64,000 bases of DNA from Candidatus Woesearchaeota archaeon (GCA_964359725.1 CAYHTT010000001.1:14618-78617); one strand, 5' to 3'; numbered from the stretch's first letter, positions 9,621 through 20,079 are shown. Notes: generated by a model from the letters alone, not told the origin. Made by a program: numbers and translations.

Positions 9621-11233
9621 ATTTCATTAAAATTTAGTATTTTCACATCTCTTGTTTTTAAATTAACCAAAACAGCTTTACAAGGATCTGGTACTATACC
9701 ACGTCTTTTTTGATCTTCTGTTTGATCTATCCAGGCGCTACAATTTATTGTTGTAACACCGTGATAATTGTCTACTTTAGTTTTATGTAAATGTCCACTA
9801 ATGAAGAAATCTGGAATTTTCTCAATTAACAAAGGATCTTCATCTGGATTTGGTAAATATAATGTAGCTGTGTGGCTTGGTGCAAGATGTCTGCGTTGTA
9901 ATAAAAATTTCATTATTAAATCTGGTCTTTCGGTTCTTCCAGCTCTTCTTATACTTTCAACGTTCTCAACAATATAAAAAAAACTTGAGCCGTGATAAAT
10001 TAAAATATTAAATCCTGAAAAATCTTTTGTCGATGCTATATTAACTAAACTTGGGTTAGTGGCCATAATAACATTTGAAAATTCGTATAATAAAGGTGCC
10101 ATCTTTTTATCTGGAAATGGTTGTGGCTCAGCTAATCTAACTGCATCATGATTGCCCACACTTAGAATTATCTTAATGTCTTTTCTTATTCTTGCAAGAT
10201 ATTCTGCTAATTTTTCATATTGCTTGTAAATATCTAATATTGCTAAATCATATTCCTGATCGGGGTAAACCCCAACGCCATCCACCAAATCACCCGGAAT
10301 AAATAAATATTTTACTCTCTTTGCTATTTCGCGTTGTTCTTTATTTCCATAATTTCCATTAATCCAATCAATAAACTTTAAGAAATTTTTTTCAAAAAAT
10401 ACTTTATTTCCAACTTGTAAATCAGAGGTAAAAGCAACATACTCTTCATTTGGACCTTTTTTAAGTTCATTGTTTAATGATATATCTGGCAAGAAAATTT
10501 CATTAACAAAAATTATTCTATCACCATTATAACCCGTAACTCCAATTACTTCATCAAAAATAATGTCATTTGCTAATTCAAACAGCTCTTTTCTTGATTT
10601 ATTTATAACAACATTAATTAAACCAGTAGGGTCTTCTAATGTTATTAAAATATTACCATTTTTTGTTATTCTTTTATCATTTACTAAACCGATTATTGCT
10701 ATAGTTTCTCGTTCAGATCTATTTAATGCTCTGTTTATTGAGACTGCATTTTGTAATTCCTGTCTTTTTAATAAAATATTTTTTAAAAAATTATAACGAA
10801 TTTTAAAATAATCAATAAAATCTTGAACTTCTCTTTTCTTATCTTTATCAACATAATTCTTTAAAATAATTACATTACCACCGTTACCCTCTTCAAGCTC
10901 GATTTCTATTTTTGGTTCTCCTTGTCCTTCTTCAAAAATTTCATTATTATTAAAATCTTGTTTTAATATATCTAAAAAGAGATTATAAGTTTTATTTTCT
11001 TTATTTTTCTCGGCAAGTACCCGAGCTCTGTCGAATTCCTGCCAATTTATATTAGCTGGGTTATTATCTTGATTTAATATTTCAAAAACATCTTCATTTA
11101 TTACCAAAGGTTTATTTTTAAGCTTATTAAAATTTTTTATAACCTCCTTTATATCAATATTTTCAAGTTTTTCAATTAATTTTGGGCTTACTAAATAGCC
11201 CTCTTTAATAAAATACTCAATTAAATCCTTCAT
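9617..11233 (-). CDS. polD1: DNA polymerase II (PolD) small subunit DP1 (Mre11-like phosphoesterase)
   Basis: 538 aa with calcineurin-like phosphoesterase motifs (FIPGDLVDGVG, GNHD, GHLH). It overlaps the DP2 start by 4 nt, as in DP1-DP2 operons. Confidence 0.85.
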   Translation of the reverse strand: MKDLIEYFIKEGYLVSPKLIEKLENIDIKEVIKNFNKLKNKPLVINEDVFEILNQDNNPANINWQEFDRARVLAEKNKENKTYNLFLDILKQDFNNNEIFEEGQGEPKIEIELEEGNGGNVIILKNYVDKDKKREVQDFIDYFKIRYNFLKNILLKRQELQNAVSINRALNRSERETIAIIGLVNDKRITKNGNILITLEDPTGLINVVINKSRKELFELANDIIFDEVIGVTGYNGDRIIFVNEIFLPDISLNNELKKGPNEEYVAFTSDLQVGNKVFFEKNFLKFIDWINGNYGNKEQREIAKRVKYLFIPGDLVDGVGVYPDQEYDLAILDIYKQYEKLAEYLARIRKDIKIILSVGNHDAVRLAEPQPFPDKKMAPLLYEFSNVIMATNPSLVNIASTKDFSGFNILIYHGSSFFYIVENVESIRRAGRTERPDLIMKFLLQRRHLAPSHTATLYLPNPDEDPLLIEKIPDFFISGHLHKTKVDNYHGVTTINCSAWIDQTEDQKRRGIVPDPCKAVLVNLKTRDVKILNFNEI

Positions 11234-12432
11234 AATCCTAATCCTTCTTTCAATGTTTCCTTTATTTTTGGAAATGTAGAAGGGTGTATTGCTAACTCAA
11301 TTTCTCGGGTTCTTCCATATCTGCCTTTAGAAATTACTTTTGTGTTAATAATCCCAAGCATATCAAACTCTGCTATGATATCAGAAACTCTTCTTTGGGT
11401 TAATGGTTTAATATTAAGTTCATGACAAGTTTTTTTATAAAAGTCGTAAGTTTCTCCTGTAAATACTTTATTATCTTTATCAGAAACATTCAATATACTA
11501 TATAAAGTAATTTGGAATTGTTTTGGTTGTGTTCTTACTGCATCTAAAATCCTGTCATGTTCGATTTTCTCGTCAGCCTCATCAATATGTTCTATTCTAA
11601 TTTTTGGTTGGTTTTTCCTTTCTGCTAATTCCCCTGCTACTCTAAGCAATTCTAAAGCTCGTCTGGCATCACCATGTTCACGAGCTGCATAGGCTGCGCA
11701 TTTCTCAATCACACCATCTTCAACAAAGCTATCCCTAAAAGCTAGTTTAGCTCTTTGTCTCAAAATATCTTGAAGTTGTATTGCGTTATAAGGCGGGAAT
11801 ATTAATTCTTCCTCGCTCAAACTAGACTTTATTCTGGGATCAAGATTATCTATAAACATTAAATCATTCGAAATACCAATCAAAGACATCTCACATTTTT
11901 TTAATTCTGAGTTTAGCCTAGTTAAATTATATAATATTCCATCTCCTGTTTTTGTAACTAGTTGATCAATCTCATCTAAAACTAAGATAACAAGTTGCTT
12001 TTCATTATCTATTGCATCAATAAATATTTTATAAATTTCTTCTGTCGGCAGGCCTGTAGCTGGAACCTCCTTACCAAATGATCTTGCTAATTGGGCTATT
12101 AATCTGTATTCTGTATCAGCTACCTTTTTTAATTTACAATTTAGATAAGCATACTTTAATTTCAAATTTTTTTTGTTAATAATTTTAATAATTTGATCCA
12201 TTACATGTTGTGTTACACATGTCTTTCCTGTTCCGGTTTTACCATAAATAAAAACATTACTTGGTTTTTCATTTCTTAATGCGGGTGCTAATATACTTGC
12301 AAGTTGTTCGATTTGTTCGTCTCTATGTGGAATAGTATCTGGGGTATAATTACTTTGTAATGCTTTTTTATTAACAAATATAGATTTCTTTTCAAGATAC
12401 GTTTCAAAAAATTTAGATAATTTTTCCCCCAT
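11230..12432 (-). CDS. cdc6: Orc1/Cdc6 replication initiator
   Basis: 400 aa with AAA+ Walker A (GKTGTGKTCV), Walker B (LVLDEID) and a C-terminal winged-helix region. It overlaps the DP1 start by 4 nt. Confidence 0.85.
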   Translation of the reverse strand: MGEKLSKFFETYLEKKSIFVNKKALQSNYTPDTIPHRDEQIEQLASILAPALRNEKPSNVFIYGKTGTGKTCVTQHVMDQIIKIINKKNLKLKYAYLNCKLKKVADTEYRLIAQLARSFGKEVPATGLPTEEIYKIFIDAIDNEKQLVILVLDEIDQLVTKTGDGILYNLTRLNSELKKCEMSLIGISNDLMFIDNLDPRIKSSLSEEELIFPPYNAIQLQDILRQRAKLAFRDSFVEDGVIEKCAAYAAREHGDARRALELLRVAGELAERKNQPKIRIEHIDEADEKIEHDRILDAVRTQPKQFQITLYSILNVSDKDNKVFTGETYDFYKKTCHELNIKPLTQRRVSDIIAEFDMLGIINTKVISKGRYGRTREIELAIHPSTFPKIKETLKEGLGL

Positions 12433-13300
12433 TTTGAAAACTTATGAAAACTAAGCTGATATTTAAACATTCTTATAATAAAATATACAAACCATGACCT
12501 ATATTTCATATGGAACATATTTTTCATGTTAGAAACCTTTGTTTCATGTAGACTTAAAAAGAATAATATATAATAAAAAATATATTTTTAAATAATATAT
12601 AAAATAATTTAGAAAAATTTAAATAATAATATATAAATAAAAAATATAAAAGTGTAAAATTCTTAATATATAAGCCTTAAAAAGGCAAATTTTAATTTCT
12701 TTATTTTTAAAATTACAAAATATTTTTATCGACGATGAGCTAAATTTAATTAAAATTATTTTATTTATAAATCAAAGCTTATTTTGAACTCCAAAAGAAA
12801 TTCCAAGCTTATTTTGTTTCCATCCGCAATAAAGGTGTCTGGGTGTTAGAGAAAATTATAATCCAACCTTCCTTAACATTATACCATTTCTATAAAAATT
12901 TATAGAAGGTTTAACGTAAATATCTACTTTTGATATTCCCTAATCTCAACAGGCGTTTGTATATAAGATTCAAGTTTTATTTTTTTATCTGATTCATGTA
13001 TGGTTGCCACACAAATTCCAAAAGATTTACCTTCAGAATAAAATAACAACACCCTCTCCTTTTTGATTGGGAGAAGAAATACCAACGAGTTCTATTTTAT
13101 TTCTTATAACAAAACCTTCTAATATTTTAAGATTTTTTTCTATTATTTTACATTCAACCATTTTCTAAAAATTAATAATTAGATTTTATATTACCCATAC
13201 TAAAATATATAAAATTATAAAATTTTTCACAAAACCCTCGAATAACACAAAGTTTATAAATAAGTTGTTACTTTAAGATTAATATTGAGGTAAAACAAAA
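12433..13300. promoter_or_regulatory. Candidate replication origin (oriC) region upstream of orc1/cdc6
   Basis: This 868-bp non-coding region is the longest intergenic gap in the window. It sits directly upstream of the cdc6-DP1-DP2 operon, which is the oriC position in Pyrococcus-type archaea. It contains an extremely AT-rich block (about 12551-12720) and short repeated TTTCATRT/GAAAAC elements. Confidence 0.45.
12504..12550. repeat. Three direct TTTCAT(R)T repeats at 18-20 bp spacing (possible degenerate mini-ORB elements)
   Basis: TTTCATATGGAAC (12504), TTTCATGTTAGAAAC (12522) and TTTCATGTAGAC (12542). An inverted GTTTTCAT-type copy (ATGAAAAC) lies at 12444-12451. Confidence 0.35.
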
Positions 13301-13301
13301 A

Positions 13302-13568
13302 ATGGCAGAGGAAGAGAAAAAATACAATTCAAGACAAATACTAGGGAAGCTCATCGTTACAAAAACAGGCAAACGTTTTGGTGAAGTCGGTGATTTAACA
13401 TTCGAGACTAAAACTGGAGAATTAATTCATGTTGTTGTTAAAAACCCAACTGGCTATTGTGAAGGTTTAGAACTCGAGAAAGATAAATCGGGAAATCCAT
13501 TAATACCATATTCAGCTGTTATTGCTGTAGGCGACTTTATTGTAGTCGCAGAAGAAGAAATAATTTAA
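13302..13568 (+). CDS. PRC-barrel domain protein
   Basis: 88 aa. The GKLIVTKTGKRFGEVGDLTFETKTGELIHVVV pattern is typical of archaeal PRC-barrel proteins. GAGGT lies upstream. Confidence 0.55.
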   Translation: MAEEEKKYNSRQILGKLIVTKTGKRFGEVGDLTFETKTGELIHVVVKNPTGYCEGLELEKDKSGNPLIPYSAVIAVGDFIVVAEEEII

Positions 13569-13613
13569 TTCTAAGATAAAGATTTTTAAACTAGAAAGAT
13601 ATTATAATATTGC

Positions 13614-15482
13614 ATGAAATCGTTTAATTTTAAAACCACAGCAGAAATAAAAATTCCGACTAATATAATTGATCAAATAGTTGGACAAGAGCAAGCTGTT
13701 AACATAGTTAGGAAAGTAGCAAAACAAAGACGTCATTTATTATTGATAGGACAACCTGGCGTGGGAAAAAGTTTAGTGGGACAAGCTTTAGCAGAGTTAT
13801 TACCCGAAGAAAAATTAGTTGATGTGCTAGCTTACCAAAATCCAGCTGATGAAAATATTCCTTTAATAAGGATGGCACCAAAAGGCCAGGGTAAAAAAAT
13901 AGCCGCAAGAGCAAAAATTCAGGAAATGTCCTCTTTAAAAAATCAGAATGTTATTTTCTTTATATTATTAATTTTAGCCTTAATTGCACCATGGTGGATT
14001 AGAAAAAGTTATGGTGATATAATGGCAGCAGCCTCGTTAATCGGGAGCATGATGTTTTTAGCAGCATTTGTATTATTTATTAATTTAAACAAAAGGGTCG
14101 CTCTTAGAGGTATGGAAATTAGAGCGCCAAAAATTTTAATAGATAATTCCTCGACGGAAAAAGCACCATTTATTGACGGTACTGGTAGTCATTCCGGCGC
14201 ATTACTTGGTGATGTACTTCATGATCCACTTCAAAGCGGCGGACTGGGCACACCCGCTTACGAGCGTTTAATTCCCGGAATGATTCATAGAGCAAATGGT
14301 GGAGTATTATTTATTGATGAAGTAGCAAATTTAAATCCTAAATCTCAACAAGAATTACTTACAGCATTACAAGAAAAAAAGTATTCTATTACTGGACAAA
14401 GCGAGAGAAGCTCTGGTGCAATGACTAGAAGCGAACCTGTTCCATGCGATTTTGTTTTAGTTGCTGCGGGTAATCCCGAAACTGTTAGAAACATGCATCC
14501 TGCTTTACGTTCTAGAATACGTGGTTATGGTTACGAAGTTTATATGGGGCATGAGCTAGACGATACAGAAGAGAATAGAATGCATCTTGCAAAATTTGTT
14601 GCTCAAGAAGTTGTTAAAGATGGTAAAATACCTCATTTTACAAGAGAAGCTGTTTTAAAAATAATTGAAGAAGGTAGAAGAAGAGCTAGTACTTCTGGAA
14701 AATTAACATTGAGATTAAGAGAATTAGGTGGATTAGTAAGAGCAGCTGGTGATTCAGCATTAGAAGAAAAATCAAAATTTGTTGAACCAAAACATATTGA
14801 TAAAGCAAGATTATTAGCAAGAACATTAGAACAACAAATGGCTGATAAATATATTGAGCAGAAAAAACGTTATCAAGTTATTACAACTACAGGCTATTTA
14901 GTTGGCAAAGTTAATGGGTTAGCTGTTATGGGATCAGAAGATCATTTTTCTGGAATAGTACTTCCAATTGAATCAGAAGTTACACCCGGTGGAAGAAAAG
15001 CAGAGTTTATTGCTACAGGTCAACTTGGTAAAATAGCAAAAGAAGCTATAAAAAATGTTTCAGCTATCATATTAAAATACTTTGGTGAAGATATTAAAGA
15101 AAAATATGACATCTTTATACAATTCTTACAAACAGCAGATACAGGTGTTGAGGGTGATTCAGCTAGTATATCAGTAGCTACAGCAATTGTTTCAGCATTA
15201 AAAAAAGTTCCTGTAAGGCAAGATACAGCAATGACTGGTAGTTTATCTGTTAGGGGAGAAGTATTAGCTATAGGAGGAGTAACAGCAAAAATAGAAGCAG
15301 CTATAGAAGCAGGCATAAAAAGAGCGATTATTCCAAGAGCTAATGAAAAAGATGTTTTATTGAGCAAGGAACATCAAGGTAAAATTGAAATTATTCCAGC
15401 AAGCACAATCCAAGAAGTTTTAAAGCACGCTTTATATTGGAAAGGTAAAGAACATATATTAAGAAAATTAAAATCAAGATAA
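13614..15482 (+). CDS. lon: Archaeal membrane-bound Lon protease (LonB)
   Basis: AAA+ Walker A (GQPGVGKS) and a two-helix membrane insertion ([14 protein letters not shown]...FLAAFVLFI) inside the ATPase domain. The C-terminal S16 domain has the catalytic Ser ([16 protein letters not shown]) and a downstream Lys. There is no intein. Confidence 0.85.
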   Translation: MKSFNFKTTAEIKIPTNIIDQIVGQEQAVNIVRKVAKQRRHLLLIGQPGVGKSLVGQALAELLPEEKLVDVLAYQNPADENIPLIRMAPKGQGKKIAARAKIQEMSSLKNQNVIFFILLILALIAPWWIRKSYGDIMAAASLIGSMMFLAAFVLFINLNKRVALRGMEIRAPKILIDNSSTEKAPFIDGTGSHSGALLGDVLHDPLQSGGLGTPAYERLIPGMIHRANGGVLFIDEVANLNPKSQQELLTALQEKKYSITGQSERSSGAMTRSEPVPCDFVLVAAGNPETVRNMHPALRSRIRGYGYEVYMGHELDDTEENRMHLAKFVAQEVVKDGKIPHFTREAVLKIIEEGRRRASTSGKLTLRLRELGGLVRAAGDSALEEKSKFVEPKHIDKARLLARTLEQQMADKYIEQKKRYQVITTTGYLVGKVNGLAVMGSEDHFSGIVLPIESEVTPGGRKAEFIATGQLGKIAKEAIKNVSAIILKYFGEDIKEKYDIFIQFLQTADTGVEGDSASISVATAIVSALKKVPVRQDTAMTGSLSVRGEVLAIGGVTAKIEAAIEAGIKRAIIPRANEKDVLLSKEHQGKIEIIPASTIQEVLKHALYWKGKEHILRKLKSR

Positions 15483-15737
15483 TAATTCTTTATATTTATT
15501 ATAAGCTAGATTAGTTAAGCACCATTTTCTCTTAACTTTATTACCTTTACTTTCCTCTATATGGATAATTAAATTATTTTTTTGAAGCTCTTTTAATAAT
15601 GCTAAACTAAACTCATTATCCCTTATAATAGAATCAGCAATATTATAAGTATACATAAATTCAGGATAACTTTCGTATAATACCCTTAATATTTCTTCTT
15701 TAATTTTCTCTTTTTTCTCTTGTGAAATTTGAGACAT
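15474..15737 (-). CDS. Small hypothetical protein, possible winged-helix
   Basis: 87-aa ORF with a helix-rich N-terminus and a basic C-terminus. Confidence 0.3.
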   Translation of the reverse strand: MSQISQEKKEKIKEEILRVLYESYPEFMYTYNIADSIIRDNEFSLALLKELQKNNLIIHIEESKGNKVKRKWCLTNLAYNKYKELLS

Positions 15738-15841
15738 AATTTTTACTAAATTAACCTTTATTTAAATTTAACTCATTCGGTTAAACAAACTAAACAAACA
15801 TAACATTTATATATATTCTTTAAGCAATAATCCTGATTAAA

Positions 15842-16282
15842 ATGCCATTTATAGGGTTTAATTTTGATAAAATAAGTGCAGAGCATTTAAAAGATGTTCG
15901 AGGTAATGTTAATGTAAAACATAACTTAAATATAGTTAATGTTAAAGAACATGAAGTTAATCTAGATAAAAAACAAGAAGTTCTTAAATTTGAGTTTGAA
16001 TTTAATTTAGATTATGAGCCAGGTTTTGGCAATATTAATATTAAAGGCCACATGCTTTATACAGATAATCCTAAAAAAATGAAGGATATTTTACAAGAAT
16101 GGAAGAAAAATAAAAAACTTCCAAATGATGTAATGGCAAGCTTATTTAATACAACATTAGCTAAATCCAATATTAAGGCTTTAGCTTTAAGTCAAGACAT
16201 TAATTTACCTCCTCATTTACCTTTACCGAGGATAGAGAAGCAACAAAAAGTAAATGTAAATGTTAAAGAATATATTGGTTAA
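15842..16282 (+). CDS. Hypothetical protein
   Basis: 146-aa ORF with no recognisable motif. Confidence 0.35.
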   Translation: MPFIGFNFDKISAEHLKDVRGNVNVKHNLNIVNVKEHEVNLDKKQEVLKFEFEFNLDYEPGFGNINIKGHMLYTDNPKKMKDILQEWKKNKKLPNDVMASLFNTTLAKSNIKALALSQDINLPPHLPLPRIEKQQKVNVNVKEYIG

Positions 16283-16546
16283 ATAAATTCGTTTAATGTT
16301 TTAATTTCCTTTTCTTTTTTCTCAGCTTCAGCCCAACTTATGCCCTCTTTTTTCATTATCTTTAGAATTTTAAGCTCTTTGATCATTTTATGTTAAGATG
16401 AAAATTGTTTTTATTTAAATACATTTTTAGCTTTAAAGATATATTATAAATCATAGTTAAAGAAATATAGCTAAAAAAATGAGATTATTATTTTATAATT
16501 AAAATTTTTGAGTTAATTTTTTATATTTATTCTTGCTAATAATTCT

Positions 16547-17116
16547 ATGGACCCTGATTTTGATACTAAAATAAGAGCTTCTTTTGCAAAAGTTAGGCAA
16601 GACATACAGATTATTAAAGAAGAGATAGAAAAGCTTAAAGAAGCTTTAATTTTACAAAATAAGTCTAATTCTACCTTAAAAGAGGACGTGGGCTACCTTA
16701 AACAGCTTTCAAATGAGCTAAGAAGCAAGATTTCAACTATTTCCATCGGAAATCGTAGGGTTGATGATGACGATCAACGATCAATGACAATGAATGACAA
16801 TGCCAAACAGCTAAGATTCCTGCTAGAAAACAAGTTTAGAAGCTTAACAGACAGAGAATTTTCAGTGTTTATGGCCATTTACCAGCTCGAAGAAGAGCAA
16901 GGAACAGTTACTTACCAAGATATGGCCAATAAACTAAATATTAGTGGAAGTAACCTGAGAAATCATGTATTATCTTTAATAAATAAAGGAATTCCCGTCG
17001 GAAAAGAGCGTTTATTCAATGGAAAAACCACCTTTTTTATAAAAAAAGAGCTTCGCAACCTTAATATTGTGGCTGATCTAATTGAGTATAGACAGCATAA
17101 AACCTTTAAACAATAA
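16547..17116 (+). CDS. Coiled-coil plus C-terminal winged-HTH protein (putative regulator)
   Basis: N-terminal heptad-rich segment (IQIIKEEIEKLKEALILQ...) and a C-terminal wHTH-like segment (LTDREFSVFMAIYQLEEEQGTVTYQDMANKLNISGSNLRNHVLSLINKG). Confidence 0.45.
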   Translation: MDPDFDTKIRASFAKVRQDIQIIKEEIEKLKEALILQNKSNSTLKEDVGYLKQLSNELRSKISTISIGNRRVDDDDQRSMTMNDNAKQLRFLLENKFRSLTDREFSVFMAIYQLEEEQGTVTYQDMANKLNISGSNLRNHVLSLINKGIPVGKERLFNGKTTFFIKKELRNLNIVADLIEYRQHKTFKQ

Positions 17117-17230
17117 CTCTCACTTCGCTATTTTTCCTTAAAATTTGCTTATTTTTAATTGATTTTTATTTAAAGATACCAAAACCCTCACTTTTTAGAA
17201 GTTAAGTATACTTTTAGTAGTCAGGAACTC

Positions 17231-17785
17231 TCACTTTTTTGATCTTACCATCCTTTTTACCATCTTGTCTAGGTAGAATACCTTCCTCCTTGCCTCAGTA
17301 TCCACCCTCTCACTTATATTAAAACCCATCTTTTTCACGTCGTTAACATGCCTTCTTACTGTTATAATACTTAATTTTAATTCTTTAGCAATATCCCCAT
17401 ATTCTAGTGGGGTTTCAGCTATCATTAATAATTGGATTACCCTTTTTTGAGCTGGTGTAAGTACATTTTTAAGCTTTTGAACGTTCATGAATGATTGATT
17501 TGAACGCTTGAACGCGATTGAACGTTCATGAACGATTGAACGCTCCTCCCCCGTCGGCTCCTCGTCGACATTTTTTTCTAAAATCTCCTTCATTTCCATT
17601 AATGTTTGCTCGATTTTATCCAGCCTTTGATCATGTTTTTCGTGCTTATCTTTAAATTGATTAAGAACCTTATCAATCAAATTCATATCTTTCTTTATAT
17701 TTGAGAAAGAATTATTTAAATTCGACTTTAATTTTTCGACTTTCCCATCTTTTTTTCTACCGAAGAACCAAAAAGCCATTAACAA
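17231..17785 (-). CDS. Coiled-coil plus C-terminal HTH protein, same architecture as 16547..17116
   Basis: N-terminal coiled-coil (LDKIEQTLMEMKEILEKN) and C-terminal HTH (LTPAQKRVIQLLMIAETPLEYGDIAKELKLSIITVRRHVNDVKKMG). An internal ERS-encoding nucleotide tandem repeat is also present. Confidence 0.45.
   Translation of the reverse strand: MLMAFWFFGRKKDGKVEKLKSNLNNSFSNIKKDMNLIDKVLNQFKDKHEKHDQRLDKIEQTLMEMKEILEKNVDEEPTGEERSIVHERSIAFKRSNQSFMNVQKLKNVLTPAQKRVIQLLMIAETPLEYGDIAKELKLSIITVRRHVNDVKKMGFNISERVDTEARRKVFYLDKMVKRMVRSKK
17477..17543. repeat. Intragenic tandem/palindromic repeat: five copies of TTGAACG, with TTGAACGTTCATGAA twice
   Basis: Read directly: ttgaacgttcatgaa tgattgat ttgaacgc ttgaacgcga ttgaacgttcatgaa cga ttgaacgc. 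TGAACGTTCA is a perfect palindrome. On the coding strand the repeat encodes reiterated E-R-S. Confidence 0.6.
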
Positions 17786-17857
17786 ATTAAATATTAAATA
17801 TTATATAAATGTTTCTTTACAATAAAGCTTAAATATTTCAAGCAATTATTAAAATTA

Positions 17858-18529
17858 ATGTACGAAGAGTTAAAGATAGACCCTTTAAATCATGAATATA
17901 CACTTTCTAAAGTTGTTTCTTATATTGATTCTAGATTACAATTAATTGAACGTTCAAAAAGAGTAGATATATTTGATGAATTTGCTAATCTAATAAATTA
18001 TGCCGAGAAAGTTGGGTTAAAGGGCAATCATTTACCTGTACTAAGATCAAAAATGTTTAAGTTTTTAGGCGGTAAAGCAGATGATAGCATAGAAAGCGAC
18101 GACAAACAAATTCTAATAGACGAATTGAATCATCATAAAACAATAATGGAAAATGACATTATTGAATCTAAATTTAAAGACGAAGAGGATGACTCAATTA
18201 ACATTTATATTTTAGAAGCGCACTTCCCACTAAAAGGAAAAGAAGACCGAATTGGTGTTATTGCCCACACCTATTCTCAAGCAGCATTTAAAATTAGAGA
18301 AGAATATGGTGAATTTCATTTACAAAACCCAAACGAGTTCAGAAAATTAGAGTGCAAACATTTAAGGATAAGGGTGGATGAAGATAAGACAGTTGTTATA
18401 TGCGAATTATTGAGAGGAGAGTGCCCTGTTTTTTATCAAGGCGATAATTTATGCATTAAACCAGGATATGAAAATTTCGAATCACATTTTGAAAAGACAT
18501 TAGAAAAAATATTAAACGATTCTAGCTAA
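17858..18529 (+). CDS. Hypothetical protein
   Basis: 223-aa ORF with no recognisable motif. Confidence 0.4.
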   Translation: MYEELKIDPLNHEYTLSKVVSYIDSRLQLIERSKRVDIFDEFANLINYAEKVGLKGNHLPVLRSKMFKFLGGKADDSIESDDKQILIDELNHHKTIMENDIIESKFKDEEDDSINIYILEAHFPLKGKEDRIGVIAHTYSQAAFKIREEYGEFHLQNPNEFRKLECKHLRIRVDEDKTVVICELLRGECPVFYQGDNLCIKPGYENFESHFEKTLEKILNDSS

Positions 18530-18591
18530 AAACTTTTTAGCAATTCTTAAAATTTTTATTATAAATAAAAAAAAGAAAAAATAGGCCTTAT

Positions 18592-18966
18592 TTACTTACT
18601 AAACCCAGACCATAAGGCCCAAACAGCTACAACTAAATGTAGGATGTTATCTAGAGCTTCTAAGTTGGCACCTAAGAAATTTGCACCAGCAAAAAATCCG
18701 GAAAGTGTTGCAACTGCTGCAAATAATCCTACTAATACAGTAACCCATTTGTTTAAACTATTATTCTTAACGAAGTAGACCAATAATAATGCTACTACAC
18801 CAAGAACTAAATGGGCCCAATTTTCTGCATTATCAAACCACCATGCAGCACCAAATACACTTGTATCAGAAGTAGGTCCAATAAGGAAAAATCCTAGGAC
18901 ACCAATTACAACTAGAACCCATCCACCCCACATTAAAAAGTTTTTTGGAGTGAAAAATCCAGCCAT
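18592..18966 (-). CDS. Small four-helix membrane protein (DUF4383-like)
   Basis: 124 aa with four hydrophobic helices. The Trp-rich pattern (WGGWVLVVIGVLGF, AAWWFDNAENWAHLVLG) resembles DUF4383-type membrane proteins. Confidence 0.4.
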   Translation of the reverse strand: MAGFFTPKNFLMWGGWVLVVIGVLGFFLIGPTSDTSVFGAAWWFDNAENWAHLVLGVVALLLVYFVKNNSLNKWVTVLVGLFAAVATLSGFFAGANFLGANLEALDNILHLVVAVWALWSGFSK

Positions 18967-19085
18967 TAATTACACCTCCTTTTGATTAAAATACCTAGGT
19001 AAATCTTATATATAAATATATTGATTAGAAGTTTTTAGCAATGATAAAAGGTTAAATTTATATTAATTTATTATTAATTATTTGT

Positions 19086-19424
19086 ATGAAAAGAAAAAAG
19101 TTAACAAGTAAAGATGAATTATTTGGAAAAGACGAAACCTCTAAGTTATTAGATCAAAGTGCTTTAATGATAAAACAAAAAAAGCACGTGTTGAAAACAA
19201 TAGAGTACGATGATATTGCAGACGAAACAAGGCAAAGGATATATAATTTATTAAAAAAAGCTAGAGAAAAACCAAGAACTAAGCAAAAATTAGAGAAAAT
19301 GCTATCTTTCCACTGTGAGTTTTATGCACATAAGGGCGACAGATACGCAAGCTATTCTCATCAATTTCTTACTGAACTTTATTATTGGAAACAAGGAAAA
19401 GACGGCTTATACTACCCATATTAA
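19086..19424 (+). CDS. Hypothetical basic protein
   Basis: 112-aa ORF followed by a hairpin at 19447-19474. Confidence 0.35.
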   Translation: MKRKKLTSKDELFGKDETSKLLDQSALMIKQKKHVLKTIEYDDIADETRQRIYNLLKKAREKPRTKQKLEKMLSFHCEFYAHKGDRYASYSHQFLTELYYWKQGKDGLYYPY

Positions 19425-19446
19425 AACTTTTTAGCAAATAAGAGTA

Positions 19447-19474
19447 GATGTAACAGTGATTACGTCTACTTTCA
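19447..19474 (+). terminator. Hairpin (11-bp stem, G-U tolerated) downstream of 19086..19424
   Basis: AGTAGATGTAA cagtga TTACGTCTACT. One position in the two arms is non-Watson-Crick (T/G). Confidence 0.3.
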
Positions 19475-19575
19475 GCTGTTTTCAATACAACTTTTCGATA
19501 TAAGGTATATTATGTACACTTGTATGTGGAACGGACCATAACCTAATGTATATAAATAAGTTCTGACTTCAAGGA

Positions 19576-20079
19576 ATGATGTTAAGAATAATATTAGATA
19601 CAAACATTTATGGTTTCTTAATAAAAGAGAAAAATATTGATGACTTAAATAAAAAATTAAAAGAAAATAAAGATTTAAAGATCTTTGGTTATAAAGTTAT
19701 AAAAGAAGAGCTTAGAGATGTTCCTAAGAAACAAAAATTAGGGGATCATAAGTTAAGAACATTGTTAATTAATCTGTATTCCGATTTAATAAAAGAGCAG
19801 TATGGCAGATCTACAGAAATTAAAAAATTAGCAGAAGAATATTATAAAGAATTCAAAAGATTAGGTGGTAAAAGAGCATTTGGTGATTTAAAAAATGATT
19901 TTGAAATAGTTGCCTGTGCTTCCATCCATGATTTGGATATTATAATATCTGATGACGAGAAGACACTAAAGGGTAGAATAGCCTTAAGGTGTTATGAGAA
20001 TATAAATCTAAAAAACCACCTAAAAGTACCAAATTTTTATGGTTATGAAGATTTAAAGAAAAAAATTATTGGGTTGTAA
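19576..20079 (+). CDS. PIN-domain-like protein (putative VapC-type nuclease)
   Basis: N-terminus IILDTNIYGFLI, with downstream acidic residues (EEL, GDLKND, DLDIIISDDE) at PIN-like spacing. Confidence 0.4.
   Translation: MMLRIILDTNIYGFLIKEKNIDDLNKKLKENKDLKIFGYKVIKEELRDVPKKQKLGDHKLRTLLINLYSDLIKEQYGRSTEIKKLAEEYYKEFKRLGGKRAFGDLKNDFEIVACASIHDLDIIISDDEKTLKGRIALRCYENINLKNHLKVPNFYGYEDLKKKIIGL

Noticed and set aside
16290-16394. 35-aa minus-strand ORF (MIKELKILKIMKKEGISWAEAEKKEKEIKTLNEFI) convergent with 15842..16282
   Set aside because: It has no RBS or other support. The lysine/glutamate-rich sequence is expected by chance in AT-rich DNA, so it is not listed as a feature.
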